A stretch of DNA of 63,876 bases, the filler included, from an uncultured bacterium (GTDB lineage: Bacteria; CAZSTA01): NCBI GenBank assembly GCA_964609495.1. It is 3 parts of 3 records of this genome, joined end to end, with 100 filler letters (N's around TTAATTAATTAA, not from the genome) between each part and the next. Parts side by side here need not be neighbours in the genome. Positions count along the whole stretch, not along the records: positions 1 to 22,451 come from CAZSTA010000037.1; 2 more parts are not named here. One strand, written 5' to 3'. Under the pieces are notes generated by a model. It did no database searches. It was not told where the DNA came from and was given only the letters and a program-made list of their open reading frames with translations. The position numbers and the translations under genes were made by a program. Positions 9,748 through 19,476 of the stretch are shown here, one piece after another (the stretch's first letter is position 1; each line of letters starts with the position of its first letter).

Positions 9748-10943
9748 AAAGAATAATAGTTTTTCTGTCCCTGTTTCTTTTGGCTTGTCTTTTACCGGTC
9801 GGAGTCGCCCAAGCAACTGGGTTCTCTCTAAAAACGGCTCAGCGGATTTACAAACCCGGAGATACGATCCTGGTTACAGCAGATCTTTATAATGACTACG
9901 AATCTGAAGCTGATGTTGTTCTTGAGTGCCTTTTGACAAGCCAAACAAAGATAAGTTATGACAGACTAGTTTATCACCCTGTCACCTTAGGCCCAGGTGA
10001 GTCGAAAACGGTCACTTTGTACGAGATCTACGTTACTGAAGATTTCCCCTCTGACGAATATAGAGTTGTCGTTAAACTGGTTATGGACAATATCGTTGAA
10101 GATGAAAGAGAGATCATCTTCCTGGTTGAGGATACACTTGAGGAAATGGTCTTTGGCGTTCATCTCTGCAAAGATAGAGAATGCGAACACGAGTCTAGCG
10201 TTTTTATACAAGGTGACAATGTCTATGTAAGTTACGAGTCGCCCATTAATGGCCTCCAAGTTACGGGAACTATCTCTTTCCCTGACGAGTCAAAAGAACA
10301 GATAGCTCTGCCTACAGCACTTCAAGCAATGCAGACTGGCTCGTATGTTTTGCTGGTGACTGCTTCAAAGGAAAGATACAACCGCGAAACCGAAGAAATA
10401 AACTTTGCAGTTATTGAAAAGGAGCCCCGTATTCCTGAAGTTCTCTTGGCTGACAGTTTTGAAGATGGAATAGCCGATGGCTGGGAGCTGGAGCCAGGCT
10501 GGCGGGTAGAACGGGAGGACGGGAATTACGTCCTCAGCGGAGAAGGCCATAGCTGGGTACGGTTAGAGACAGGACTGGACTGGACCGATTATTCCTTCCG
10601 GTTCCGCCTTAAACTCATTAGAGGCGGGATTCACTTAAACTATCGGGTGAGCAGTGAAGGGAGATACTTCATTGGTTTCGGGGAAGAAGGCGTTTATCTG
10701 AACAAGGAAACTCCTTGGGGAAATTTCTTCGACCTGGCTGGAAGTGACGCATACCATCGTCTTGAGGTCTGGTATGATGTGAAGATAGTGGGTGAGGGAG
10801 GACATCTTCAGGTCTATGTGGATGGGATTTTGAAGTTGGATTATATCGACGATGCCCCTCTCACATGGGGTAATATCGCCTTTGAGACCCTGGAGGGCTC
10901 TCATGCCTATATAGACGATGTAGAAGTCACTGGACTGAGATAG
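9744..10943 (+). CDS. Secreted protein with Ig-like N-terminal region and C-terminal DUF1080/concanavalin-like beta-sandwich
   Basis: Signal peptide MKRIIVFL...AQA; ATGA overlap with upstream stop; DSFEDG..GW...WTDYSF...WYDVKI...GNIAF...IDDVEV pattern. Confidence 0.65.
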   Translation: MKRIIVFLSLFLLACLLPVGVAQATGFSLKTAQRIYKPGDTILVTADLYNDYESEADVVLECLLTSQTKISYDRLVYHPVTLGPGESKTVTLYEIYVTEDFPSDEYRVVVKLVMDNIVEDEREIIFLVEDTLEEMVFGVHLCKDRECEHESSVFIQGDNVYVSYESPINGLQVTGTISFPDESKEQIALPTALQAMQTGSYVLLVTASKERYNRETEEINFAVIEKEPRIPEVLLADSFEDGIADGWELEPGWRVEREDGNYVLSGEGHSWVRLETGLDWTDYSFRFRLKLIRGGIHLNYRVSSEGRYFIGFGEEGVYLNKETPWGNFFDLAGSDAYHRLEVWYDVKIVGEGGHLQVYVDGILKLDYIDDAPLTWGNIAFETLEGSHAYIDDVEVTGLR

Positions 10944-11308
10944 ACTTCCAAGTATTGGTTCGGGACTCTATTCTCCAGGCAGATTAGGTCTATGATTAGC
11001 TTATAACGAGCAAAATAGCGATTCACTTTCTTACAATTTGGATGACTGAATTGAGCGATATAATTAGACTGCGATTCCTTAATCTCTATACTCCTCATTT
11101 ATTTCGAGATTTCCAAATATCGAATCAAATTATAAACGACTTTTGGAGCTATCTTTATAGCTGAATGTAAGGATCTGAAAGTGGGAAGACCTCACTATAA
11201 GCGAGTTTAGAGATATTTATTTCCAACACTAAAATATATATAGGGGCAGGTGATATCATCTGCCCACTTAGCGTCTATAAAGTCTGTTGATGGAAGGAGT
11301 GCTCGATT

Positions 11309-12370
11309 ATGGTAGATGCAGGTGCTTTAAGAGGATTCGCGACAAAAATTTTAATGAAGTTAGATGTCCCTGAAGATGATGCTAGAGCGACTGCTGACGT
11401 ATTAGTCAGTGCAGATCTCAGAGGGATAGATTCTCACGGAATTGCTCGGTTATGGAGATATGTAACTGGACTAAAGAGAGGATTGATAGAAGCCAATCCA
11501 GATATAAAGGTTGTAAAGGAGACACCGACCACCCTTCTCCTTGATGCTGGAAACGGCTTAGGTCAGGTGGCGGGCGTCAAAGCTATGAAGAGATGTATCG
11601 AGAAAGCTCTAGAATCTGGAATGGCTTTCGTTGCAGTCCGCAACAGCAATCATTATGGCATAGCTGGATATTATGCGATGATGGCTCTTCAGCATGATAT
11701 GATGGGTTTATCCCTTACAAATTCCAGCCCTTTAGTAGTCCCTACCTACGGGAAGGAGGTTATGTATGGAACTAACCCGATCGCCTTCGCTGTCCCCACC
11801 GGTGAGGAGAGACCCTTCGTGTTAGATATGGCTACTAGTGTAGTTCCCGTCGGCAAGATCGAGGTCCTGAGAAGAAAAGGGGAGAAGATACCTCCTGGCT
11901 GGGCAGTCGATAGCGAAGGGAGGTTAACAGATGATCCCGATCTAGTTGTTAAGGAAGGAAGACTACTACCCCTTGGGGGCACTGCTGAGATGAGAGGATA
12001 TAAGGGCTATGGTTTAGGTGTATCGGTAGATATCCTCTGTGGACTTCTCTCCGGAGCAGCTTATGGGCCTTATATCACTCGTTGGCATATGGGAGGTCGC
12101 AATGAGCCTGTCCGATTGGGGCATTTCTTCGGCGCGATAAAAATCGAGGCTTTCAGACCTATAGATGAGTTCAAGAGAGATATGGATGATATGATCCGAA
12201 AGCTGAAGGAATCTCCCAAAGCTGAGGGGGAAAACAGGATATTCATCCATGGCGAGAAGGAGTATGAGATGGAGGATAAGAGGAAGAGCGAGGGGATTCC
12301 ACTCCATCCTAAAGTAGCAGACAATCTCAAGGAGATAGGTGAGGAATTAGGAGTTGAATATAACTTATAA
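11309..12370 (+). CDS. Ldh_2 family (malate/L-lactate/sulfolactate-type) oxidoreductase
   Basis: ADLRGIDSHG, RNSNHYG, GTNPIAF, LDMATS, KGYGL. Confidence 0.92.
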   Translation: MVDAGALRGFATKILMKLDVPEDDARATADVLVSADLRGIDSHGIARLWRYVTGLKRGLIEANPDIKVVKETPTTLLLDAGNGLGQVAGVKAMKRCIEKALESGMAFVAVRNSNHYGIAGYYAMMALQHDMMGLSLTNSSPLVVPTYGKEVMYGTNPIAFAVPTGEERPFVLDMATSVVPVGKIEVLRRKGEKIPPGWAVDSEGRLTDDPDLVVKEGRLLPLGGTAEMRGYKGYGLGVSVDILCGLLSGAAYGPYITRWHMGGRNEPVRLGHFFGAIKIEAFRPIDEFKRDMDDMIRKLKESPKAEGENRIFIHGEKEYEMEDKRKSEGIPLHPKVADNLKEIGEELGVEYNL

Positions 12371-12398
12371 ACTTCTTCTTAGGAGGTTATCCGATCTT

Positions 12399-13055
12399 AT
12401 GGAAAAATCTGAAGAAAACCGCAGAATATATGATGTAACCATCTCTATTAGACCTTCAATGCCTACCTTCCCCAACGATCCAAAAGTTAATATAACTCGT
12501 ATCTCTGAGATCTCGAAGGGGAGAACGGCAAATGTTTCGTTAATAAGTTTCGGCTCTCATACTGGAACTCATATTGATTCACCTTATCACTTCATCGAGG
12601 AGGGGATAAAGGTCGATGAACTTCCCTTAGAGGTTCTAATAGGAGAGGCTTTTGTCTATGAGATCGAGACTGATGAGGTGATAACTGCTGACCACCTGGA
12701 AAATCTCGATATTCCATTCGAGGCTCAACGCATTCTCCTTAAAACGAATAATTCCGATTTATGGCGAGAGAGTCCCACCGAGTTCAGAAAGGATTATATA
12801 TCCCTCAGAGACGATGCCGCTCGCTGGATAGTCCAACGAGGGATAAAGTTAGTGGGGGTAGATTATCTATCGGTGGGGGGATTAAGTGGCGATGGGGTGC
12901 AGGTTCATCGAACCCTATTAGCCGCGGGAGTGATAATAGTAGAGGGGTTAAATCTAGCCGAGGTCGAACCGGGAAGATATCAACTCGTCTGTCTGCCTAT
13001 GAAAATAGAGGGCGGAGATGGCGCTCCTGCCCGGGTAATCTTGCTCGAGAGTTGA
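12399..13055 (+). CDS. Cyclase family protein (kynurenine formamidase-like)
   Basis: HTGTHIDSPYHF, GVDYLS, GDGAPARV. Confidence 0.9.
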   Translation: MEKSEENRRIYDVTISIRPSMPTFPNDPKVNITRISEISKGRTANVSLISFGSHTGTHIDSPYHFIEEGIKVDELPLEVLIGEAFVYEIETDEVITADHLENLDIPFEAQRILLKTNNSDLWRESPTEFRKDYISLRDDAARWIVQRGIKLVGVDYLSVGGLSGDGVQVHRTLLAAGVIIVEGLNLAEVEPGRYQLVCLPMKIEGGDGAPARVILLES

Positions 13056-13058
13056 TAA

Positions 13059-13520
13059 TCACACCAGATTCAAATATTTCAACTTATCTTGTAAAGTTAC
13101 CCAGTGGATCCCCTTCCAGAAATATTGAGAACAACGCTTACATTTTTTAAACTCGTAACCCTTCCCTAGAACTACAGGGGGAAGCTCTGCTCTGATGTTC
13201 TCCTCTTCTACCCTGTGTAAAGGACTATTACATTTAGAGCATCGGGAGAAAAGCTTGTTCTCATCTATATGAAGCTGAAAGTGAAACATAACTTGTCCTA
13301 GTTGCTCATCAGCATCATTGCTCTTCAGGAAGTATATCCAAGGTAGCTTCCTAAGATATTTAACTCTGGAAAGGAGAATCCTCCCCTCTTCCTTAGCGAT
13401 ATCTATGACCTCCTCATAATCCTTATCTTTAATCAATTCGGTATCGAAACCCAATATCCTGAGCAATATCGCTAGCTTAGTTAATCTATATACCAAAAAT
13501 TTAGGCTCTGAGTAGCTCAT
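13059..13520 (-). CDS. Mut7-C RNase domain protein
   Basis: LRILGFDT, EGRILLSR, SRCSKCN, CxxC-x3-FWKGxHW. Confidence 0.85.
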   Translation of the reverse strand: MSYSEPKFLVYRLTKLAILLRILGFDTELIKDKDYEEVIDIAKEEGRILLSRVKYLRKLPWIYFLKSNDADEQLGQVMFHFQLHIDENKLFSRCSKCNSPLHRVEEENIRAELPPVVLGKGYEFKKCKRCSQYFWKGIHWVTLQDKLKYLNLV

Positions 13521-14316
13521 CTCTGTTCACCTTTTTAAGGATAGCTATGATCTGAGAGTTATGCTTCTCTCCCAAATCGGCTTCGATGTCCAATTCTCCC
13601 AAGAGCTTAATTATAGCGAAGTTGGTTAGTCTGCAGAGAAGGTCTAATTCATTAGGGGAGATGATTCTACATATAGCTTTCTCTTGGAAACCGCTATATT
13701 TTCCCTCTTCTTGTGATATGATAACCTCTCGAAAACTTTCGTATAAATTATTATAGGAATATAAGGTGGTTTTATGCTTCTGAATCCACTTTTCATCTTC
13801 GCTTACGGGAATAGTTCTCTCCCAATCCCTATCAATGAAATGTCCCCCTTTAAACATCAACCAGAAGTTAGGGATCTGAATTACAAATAACCCCTCCTCT
13901 CGCAAAGCTCTTCTCACTCTCTCGAATAATCCTATAAGCTCATCATTATCTGAGAAGATCATCAAGGTATTAAACATAATTATTGCGGCTTCGAAGCTCT
14001 CCTCGAAATCTATATCTAATACATCTTGGCAGATATACTCAATCCCCAGATCGGCGCTTCTACTCTTTGCTATCTCTAAAACGTAGGGATTATTATCAAC
14101 TCCGATCATCTTATAATCTCGCTTGGCAAGTCCTATACAATGGCGACCAGTCCCACAGGTTAGATCTAAAACATTGCGAACATTCTTGCCGCCATATCTG
14201 GAGAATATCTCGTCTAAGAGATCGCACTCCTCCTTGGTCCAGATAGGATTATATCCACATCTATCATACCACTGGGCATATTCCTTTTTTCCAGTTACAA
14301 AGGGGATTCTGGTCAT
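13501..14316 (-). CDS. Class I SAM-dependent methyltransferase
   Basis: VLDLTCGTGRH motif I, GVD, QDV. Confidence 0.88.
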   Translation of the reverse strand: MTRIPFVTGKKEYAQWYDRCGYNPIWTKEECDLLDEIFSRYGGKNVRNVLDLTCGTGRHCIGLAKRDYKMIGVDNNPYVLEIAKSRSADLGIEYICQDVLDIDFEESFEAAIIMFNTLMIFSDNDELIGLFERVRRALREEGLFVIQIPNFWLMFKGGHFIDRDWERTIPVSEDEKWIQKHKTTLYSYNNLYESFREVIISQEEGKYSGFQEKAICRIISPNELDLLCRLTNFAIIKLLGELDIEADLGEKHNSQIIAILKKVNRDELLRA

Positions 14317-14495
14317 ATTAATTCTGGCTTCTCCTTCTTCTATTTGTTGTAGAAATGAAAAGATCACGAGGGCACAAAGATCGATATTTCAATTCCTCTT
14401 TCAGTTCCGCAAGCGGAATTATCTTAATTTCAACTTAACCCAACTCCTGCTATCCGAAATCGTGCTCTCGTGATCTGATAGTAATCTTCTCGCAG

Positions 14496-15488
14496 TTAAA
14501 CTTTAACTTCTACCATCTTCCCTTTCTTTATCGAATCTACAGCGGAAAATACCATAGCTAAACTATTCAGGTTATCCTTCCCCTCGGTTTCGGGGGTCTT
14601 CCCCTCCCTCAAAACCTTAGCGAATTCATCTAAAATATAGGCTTGTCCGATCAATTCCATATCAACTAATTTCTCCTCAGTTTTAGACATCGGATCGGAG
14701 GAGGAATATACCTTATCATCAAGCCAATAGATCCCTCCCTGAGAACATTGGATTCTCCAATCACCATTCCAAGGGGTTTCATTGCCTTGAGCGACCCAGC
14801 TTCCAAAATAATGAACGATCATCCCATTAGTCATCTCTATGATTATAGCCGCTGAGGGATCTTTCTCGAACCAACTCCAGTCGGGCTTCCAACTCTTCGC
14901 ATAGATAGTAACTGGATCCGCATTAAACATATATCTCATAAGGTCGAAGTGATGGATTGACATATCTATCACCAGAGGATAGTCCATCGTTAAGCGGAAG
15001 GAACCAGGGAACTTAGGACCCTTCTGGAAGACAACCCCGGCGTATCCCAAATCCCCGAACTTCTTCTCATCGAGCAGTTTTCTGATCGTTCGAGGTCGAG
15101 GGTTAAACCTATAATTTTGAGCTACTGCGTATGGCAGATTGCGCTTATCAGCCTCTTCCACGATCTTGAGGGCATTCTCCATAGTATCAGCCAAAGGTTT
15201 CTCCGAGAGCACCGGTAATCCAGCTTTAAACGCCTTGAGGCAGACTTCAGCTCTGAACATAGGAGGAGTTATATCCAATAAAGCATCAGCCTTAACCTCC
15301 CTCAGAGCCTTGTCGAGATCAGTATAACATCTATCCTCTGGCATATCGCACTTAGCGGCAGCTTTTTGCAACATCTCCTCGTTTATATCGACATAGGCTG
15401 CCGCCTCCCAATCGGAGGATCCATAAACTACATTAACCCAAAAAGCCCCCATACCTCCCACGCCTACTTGAATAATCTTTAATGGCAT
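14496..15488 (-). CDS. Gfo/Idh/MocA oxidoreductase
   Basis: VGVGGMG, SEKPLA, QNYRF, DMSIHHFD. Confidence 0.92.
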   Translation of the reverse strand: MPLKIIQVGVGGMGAFWVNVVYGSSDWEAAAYVDINEEMLQKAAAKCDMPEDRCYTDLDKALREVKADALLDITPPMFRAEVCLKAFKAGLPVLSEKPLADTMENALKIVEEADKRNLPYAVAQNYRFNPRPRTIRKLLDEKKFGDLGYAGVVFQKGPKFPGSFRLTMDYPLVIDMSIHHFDLMRYMFNADPVTIYAKSWKPDWSWFEKDPSAAIIIEMTNGMIVHYFGSWVAQGNETPWNGDWRIQCSQGGIYWLDDKVYSSSDPMSKTEEKLVDMELIGQAYILDEFAKVLREGKTPETEGKDNLNSLAMVFSAVDSIKKGKMVEVKV

Positions 15489-15509
15489 ATATTGAACACT
15501 CCTTTAGTT

Positions 15510-15776
15510 TTAATCTTCTTTTGCTAGTATTCCTATTTCTACCGGTCGAAGAGGAGGACGATAGCTAGAGTCTATAATCTCACTTAAAGGGATATTTAAC
15601 TCTTGAGCTATCAAACCAGCTACCAATCTTCGGCATGTCCTCCCTTGACATAATCCCATTCCCGCCCGAGTCGCCCTTTTTATCTCATCAACACTGCGCA
15701 ATCCAGATCTTATAGCCTCTCTGATCTCTCCTGCGGTGACCTCCTCACAGCGACATATAATCACGCCGTCATCCAT
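15510..15776 (-). CDS. BFD-like [2Fe-2S]-binding protein
   Basis: ICRCEEV...TRAGMGLCQGRTC...RPP. Confidence 0.9.
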   Translation of the reverse strand: MDDGVIICRCEEVTAGEIREAIRSGLRSVDEIKRATRAGMGLCQGRTCRRLVAGLIAQELNIPLSEIIDSSYRPPLRPVEIGILAKED

Positions 15777-15790
15777 TTGCCTCTATCTCC

Positions 15791-16762
15791 TCAGATCAGA
15801 TTAAGATTCTGCATCACTAAGGCTACCGCCCCTAAGACTCCTGCATCGTTCCCCAATTCAGCTAGGACGATCATAGCTGGATTCGCCTGCATAGCCCTCT
15901 CCCTCAAAGTCTCTCTTATCGGCTCTAGCAATAGATCCCCAGCATGCGATACTCCGCCTCCCAAGACGATTATATCGGGGCTCAGCACATTTATCAGGTT
16001 ACCTATGCCAATTCCTAGATATTCCCCGGTCTTTTTCCATATCTTATTGGCTAGCTTATCGCCCTGGCGCGCGGCAGTGGCTAACACTTTGGTATCGATC
16101 TTATCCAAATCTCCACCTACAAGCTCGGGGATTATAGATTCCTCTCCAGAGGATAAGGCTTCCTTAGTTCTTCGCACCATATTCGGAGCAGAGGCAAGAG
16201 CCTCCATACAACCCCTATTTCCACAGTTGCAACGATAACCATTCGGCTCGATGGTCATATGTCCTACCTCGCCCGCTCCATCGTCAGAGCCATGATAGAG
16301 CTTACCATCAATTATTATCCCACCGCCGATGCCAGTCCCTAGAGTGAGCAATACCATATTTCGGCTATCCTTCCCCACTCCAAATACCTTCTCCCCTAAA
16401 GCCGCGAGGTTAGCATCGTTATCCAGCCAAGTTCTTATACCTGTTCCCTCCTCGATTATCTTCTTCAAGGGTAGATTTCGCCAATTGAGGTTGGGAGCAT
16501 GGTAGATAATCCCTTCCTTGATATTCAAAGGACCAGGGGCTCCGACTCCAATACCTATGACCTCATCCTTAGTTACCTTTCCCAGCTTGATTACCTCTTC
16601 TATAGCAGATATGATCTGATTAATTACCACCTCCTCGCCCTTAGGAACATAAGTTGGAAGACTGGTCTTAGCTATAAAATTCCCCTTTAGATCGTTAAGT
16701 GATACTTTTACATCAGTTCCACCTACATCAACCCCAATTATGTATCCCTTAGAGATATCCAC
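15791..16762 (-). CDS. ROK-family sugar kinase (glucokinase-like)
   Basis: GVDVGGT, NDANLAALGE, TLGTGIGGG, GEVGH, CNCGNRGCME. Confidence 0.92.
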   Translation of the reverse strand: MDISKGYIIGVDVGGTDVKVSLNDLKGNFIAKTSLPTYVPKGEEVVINQIISAIEEVIKLGKVTKDEVIGIGVGAPGPLNIKEGIIYHAPNLNWRNLPLKKIIEEGTGIRTWLDNDANLAALGEKVFGVGKDSRNMVLLTLGTGIGGGIIIDGKLYHGSDDGAGEVGHMTIEPNGYRCNCGNRGCMEALASAPNMVRRTKEALSSGEESIIPELVGGDLDKIDTKVLATAARQGDKLANKIWKKTGEYLGIGIGNLINVLSPDIIVLGGGVSHAGDLLLEPIRETLRERAMQANPAMIVLAELGNDAGVLGAVALVMQNLNLI

Positions 16763-16856
16763 TTGAATATCAATCCTTTCTAACCCAAGTTTCTCTAAAA
16801 CATCTCTATTATAGATTAACGATATTGAAAAATCAAGCGATTTCGTGAGAAAGCGA

Positions 16857-17013
16857 GTAAGCATGTAAACTTTTGTGCTGGGGAAGATATGATTCTCCCC
16901 TCACCCTATCTCTCTCCCACGAGGGGAGAGGAAACGTAATTGAGAGGCTCTCTTGATCTTTTATTCCCCCCTCCCTCGATGGGAGGGTGATCTAAGGTGG
17001 GTTCGAGATCTAA
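16857..17013 (+). repeat. REP-doublet/MITE-like repeat, copy A
   Basis: CCCTCACCC..CTCTCCCACGAGGGGAGAG and CCCTCCCTCGATGGGAGGG hairpins; collinear with the reverse complement of copy F. Confidence 0.85.
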
Positions 17014-17103
17014 CAGGAGAAAAATCTTCAATAGTCCCGTTAATTCAGCAAAGACCAAAAGGAGAGGGGAAATTATCTCTCCTCCAACCTCAGTGAGCGA
17101 GAT

Positions 17104-17697
17104 CTAAAATAATCCCATCTGCTCGGTATAAGGGGTTATCTCAACTCCTTCATCCAGCAATTTCTTTAGCTTTGCAAAATCCTCCTCAAGGGGCTTACGT
17201 ATCGCAGGTTGATGTAAAGCCGCCGCAGGATGAAAGATGGGAAAAACCACGAAATCCTTGACTTGGAACTTTTGTCCATGCACTTTGCTGATCCCGACAT
17301 TCTTCTCCAATATCAACCTTGTAGCGAAATTCCCCAGGGGGCATACGATCTTAGGCTTGATAATTTCTATCTGCCTAAGGAGATATGGCTTACAGGTCTC
17401 GATTTCATCAGCTAAGGGATCCCTATTATCAGGAGGACGACATTTCAAAACATTGGCGATGTATACCTGAGATCTCTTAAGTCCAACTCCCTCCAGAAGC
17501 TCATCGAGAAGCTTTCCTGCCGCTCCTACGAAGGGAATACCTTGTTTATCTTCATAATACCCCGGGGCCTCCCCTATGAATATAATATCAGCATCGCTAC
17601 TTCCTGAGCCAAAGACTAGCTTAGTTCTGCTCTTACTCAGAGCACATCTCTCGCAATCCTTGATCTCTTCGTAAAACTCTTGTAAGGTCTGAGTCAC
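17104..17697 (-). CDS. Uracil-DNA glycosylase family 4
   Basis: CxxC, GEAPG..ED..G.PFVG.AG, NVLKCRPP, FHPAA. Confidence 0.95.
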   Translation of the reverse strand: MTQTLQEFYEEIKDCERCALSKSRTKLVFGSGSSDADIIFIGEAPGYYEDKQGIPFVGAAGKLLDELLEGVGLKRSQVYIANVLKCRPPDNRDPLADEIETCKPYLLRQIEIIKPKIVCPLGNFATRLILEKNVGISKVHGQKFQVKDFVVFPIFHPAAALHQPAIRKPLEEDFAKLKKLLDEGVEITPYTEQMGLF

Positions 17698-17768
17698 AAA
17701 TACTACCTCCTATAATAGTGAACGATATAAATCAAAAGAAAGCTCCTGATGGAAGTCTTGAAGAGTGG

Positions 17769-18095
17769 TTATTTCAGGAAATCCTCTCTAATGGGGCTAA
17801 AAACATCTATAACTATCGTTTCTTTATCTCCTACCTTAACCCCATGCTCCACGTTTGAAGGAATAAGACACAGCTCTCCAGCCTCCAACACCCTTGTCTC
17901 ATCTCCTAGGGTAAATTCTAATTCCCCTTTCAATACATACGATATCTGCTCATGAGGATGTTTATGTCTGGGAAGTGAGATATTCGGCTCGAACTCAAAA
18001 CGGCACATCATCACCTTTTCCCCAGTGATCAACTTACGAGTCAATCCCTTGATAACTTCGACTCCCTCGATATCATTCCAACCAGAAAAACCCAT
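17769..18095 (-). CDS. Cupin domain protein
   Basis: HKHPHEQ...IPSNVEH...DVFSPIRED. Confidence 0.9.
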   Translation of the reverse strand: MGFSGWNDIEGVEVIKGLTRKLITGEKVMMCRFEFEPNISLPRHKHPHEQISYVLKGELEFTLGDETRVLEAGELCLIPSNVEHGVKVGDKETIVIDVFSPIREDFLK

Positions 18096-18141
18096 TTCTT
18101 AATTCTCCTCATTTGATTTTAGTAGTGTAAATAATCCACCT

Positions 18142-19335
18142 TTAAGACGCAAACCTAACCACCCCGCCCACTTTATCCCGATGAGAATTTATAACTTTTT
18201 GTAACTTCTTTAGAAGAAAATCTATTTCCTCTTCAGTGTTAAAGTAAGCGGTCGATATCCTGAGTCCGTTTAACTCATCAACTACACGAGTAAATATCTT
18301 CCATTCATCTTTGAGATGAATGGACAATTCTCTAGCATTAAAACCCTCCATTGAAAAAGCGATCATTGCTGAGGATAGTTCCCACTCATAAGGGGTATAT
18401 AAAGTTGTTCCGGATAACTCCATCACCCTATCTTTTAGGTATAACGATAACTCCTTGAGTCGAGCTTCGATATTGTTCCAACCCAAGCCCTCGAGCCAAT
18501 CGAGAGCGAAGCTCAATCCCACATACTTAACTATATCTCGCGTTCCATACTCGAAGCATCGCGCCGAATGTTTAAGCTCCAATCCCCTCTCCATAGAGAA
18601 GGAACACTCTGATCCGGCTCCTACATGAATGGGCAATAATTCCTCTATTCTATCTTTGTTCACATAAAACATTCCTGTTCCCTTAGGACCACATAACCAC
18701 TTATGACCATTAGTGGTGTAGAAATCACATCCCATCTTCTTGACATCGATCGGAAATTGACCTACCGCTTGCGCTCCATCGATCAGAGTAAGTATCCCTC
18801 TCTCCCTAGCTAGATCGCATATCTCCTCGACTGGCACCCTGATCCCAGTCTGAGTGCTGACCTGGCTTGTTCCGATCAATCTAGTTTTTGGGGTTAGAGC
18901 AGAACGCACATTCTCCAAAGTTTCTTGAGGATCAGGGTCAACCTCGAAGAATTTAAGACAAGATGAACATCGCTGGTGGAGATAAGTCCAAGGATAGAGC
19001 ATCGCTGGATGCTCCTGATTAGAGATCACCACCTCATCATCAGGTTGCCAGGTTAGGCTAGAGATGACTAAGTTCACTCCATCAGTAGCGTTATTGGTAA
19101 AAGCGATCTCCTCCGCTTGGGCACCTAATAGTTGAGCGATTCTCTCCCGTGATTTTTCTACCTCTGGATAAAATTTAGAATAGGTGGCGAGTCCTCCACC
19201 TTCTAGGGAGGCGGAGGCCTCTATTATCTTGTCCAAAACGGGCTTGGCAACTATCCCCACCGTTCCCATATTAAGATACACATATTCGTCCAGAATAGGA
19301 AAAGCCTCTCTTATTTTCGCTATATTAAGGGTTAT
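18142..19335 (-). CDS. PLP-dependent class V aminotransferase (cysteine desulfurase/lyase-like); probable ATA start
   Basis: IREAFPIL..YLN, EHPA, DGAQAVG, GHKWLCGP; frame extends to ATA 19335 behind GAGGTGA. Confidence 0.88.
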   Translation of the reverse strand: MTLNIAKIREAFPILDEYVYLNMGTVGIVAKPVLDKIIEASASLEGGGLATYSKFYPEVEKSRERIAQLLGAQAEEIAFTNNATDGVNLVISSLTWQPDDEVVISNQEHPAMLYPWTYLHQRCSSCLKFFEVDPDPQETLENVRSALTPKTRLIGTSQVSTQTGIRVPVEEICDLARERGILTLIDGAQAVGQFPIDVKKMGCDFYTTNGHKWLCGPKGTGMFYVNKDRIEELLPIHVGAGSECSFSMERGLELKHSARCFEYGTRDIVKYVGLSFALDWLEGLGWNNIEARLKELSLYLKDRVMELSGTTLYTPYEWELSSAMIAFSMEGFNARELSIHLKDEWKIFTRVVDELNGLRISTAYFNTEEEIDFLLKKLQKVINSHRDKVGGVVRFAS

Positions 19336-19476
19336 AGCTTATCACCTCTATTCAATTTCAAGCAAGCAGATTTACCTTGCTTCGATTTATACTATGGGCC
19401 TAACTTCTATAAGTTTCTATGAAACGGCGAATCGAACGATCATAATCACCTCCATATACAAGGTATAAACTTAATA

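Larger units (their letters stand above)
5173..11231. mobile_element. Putative non-autonomous cargo transposon (6059 bp) with long terminal inverted repeats and 6-bp target duplication
   Basis: IRL 5173-5363 and IRR 11032-11231 are ~84% identical by hand alignment (first 16 bp TAGTGTTGGAAATAAA identical, one 9-bp indel); AAATAT at 5167-5172 and 11232-11237; no transposase inside. Confidence 0.75.
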
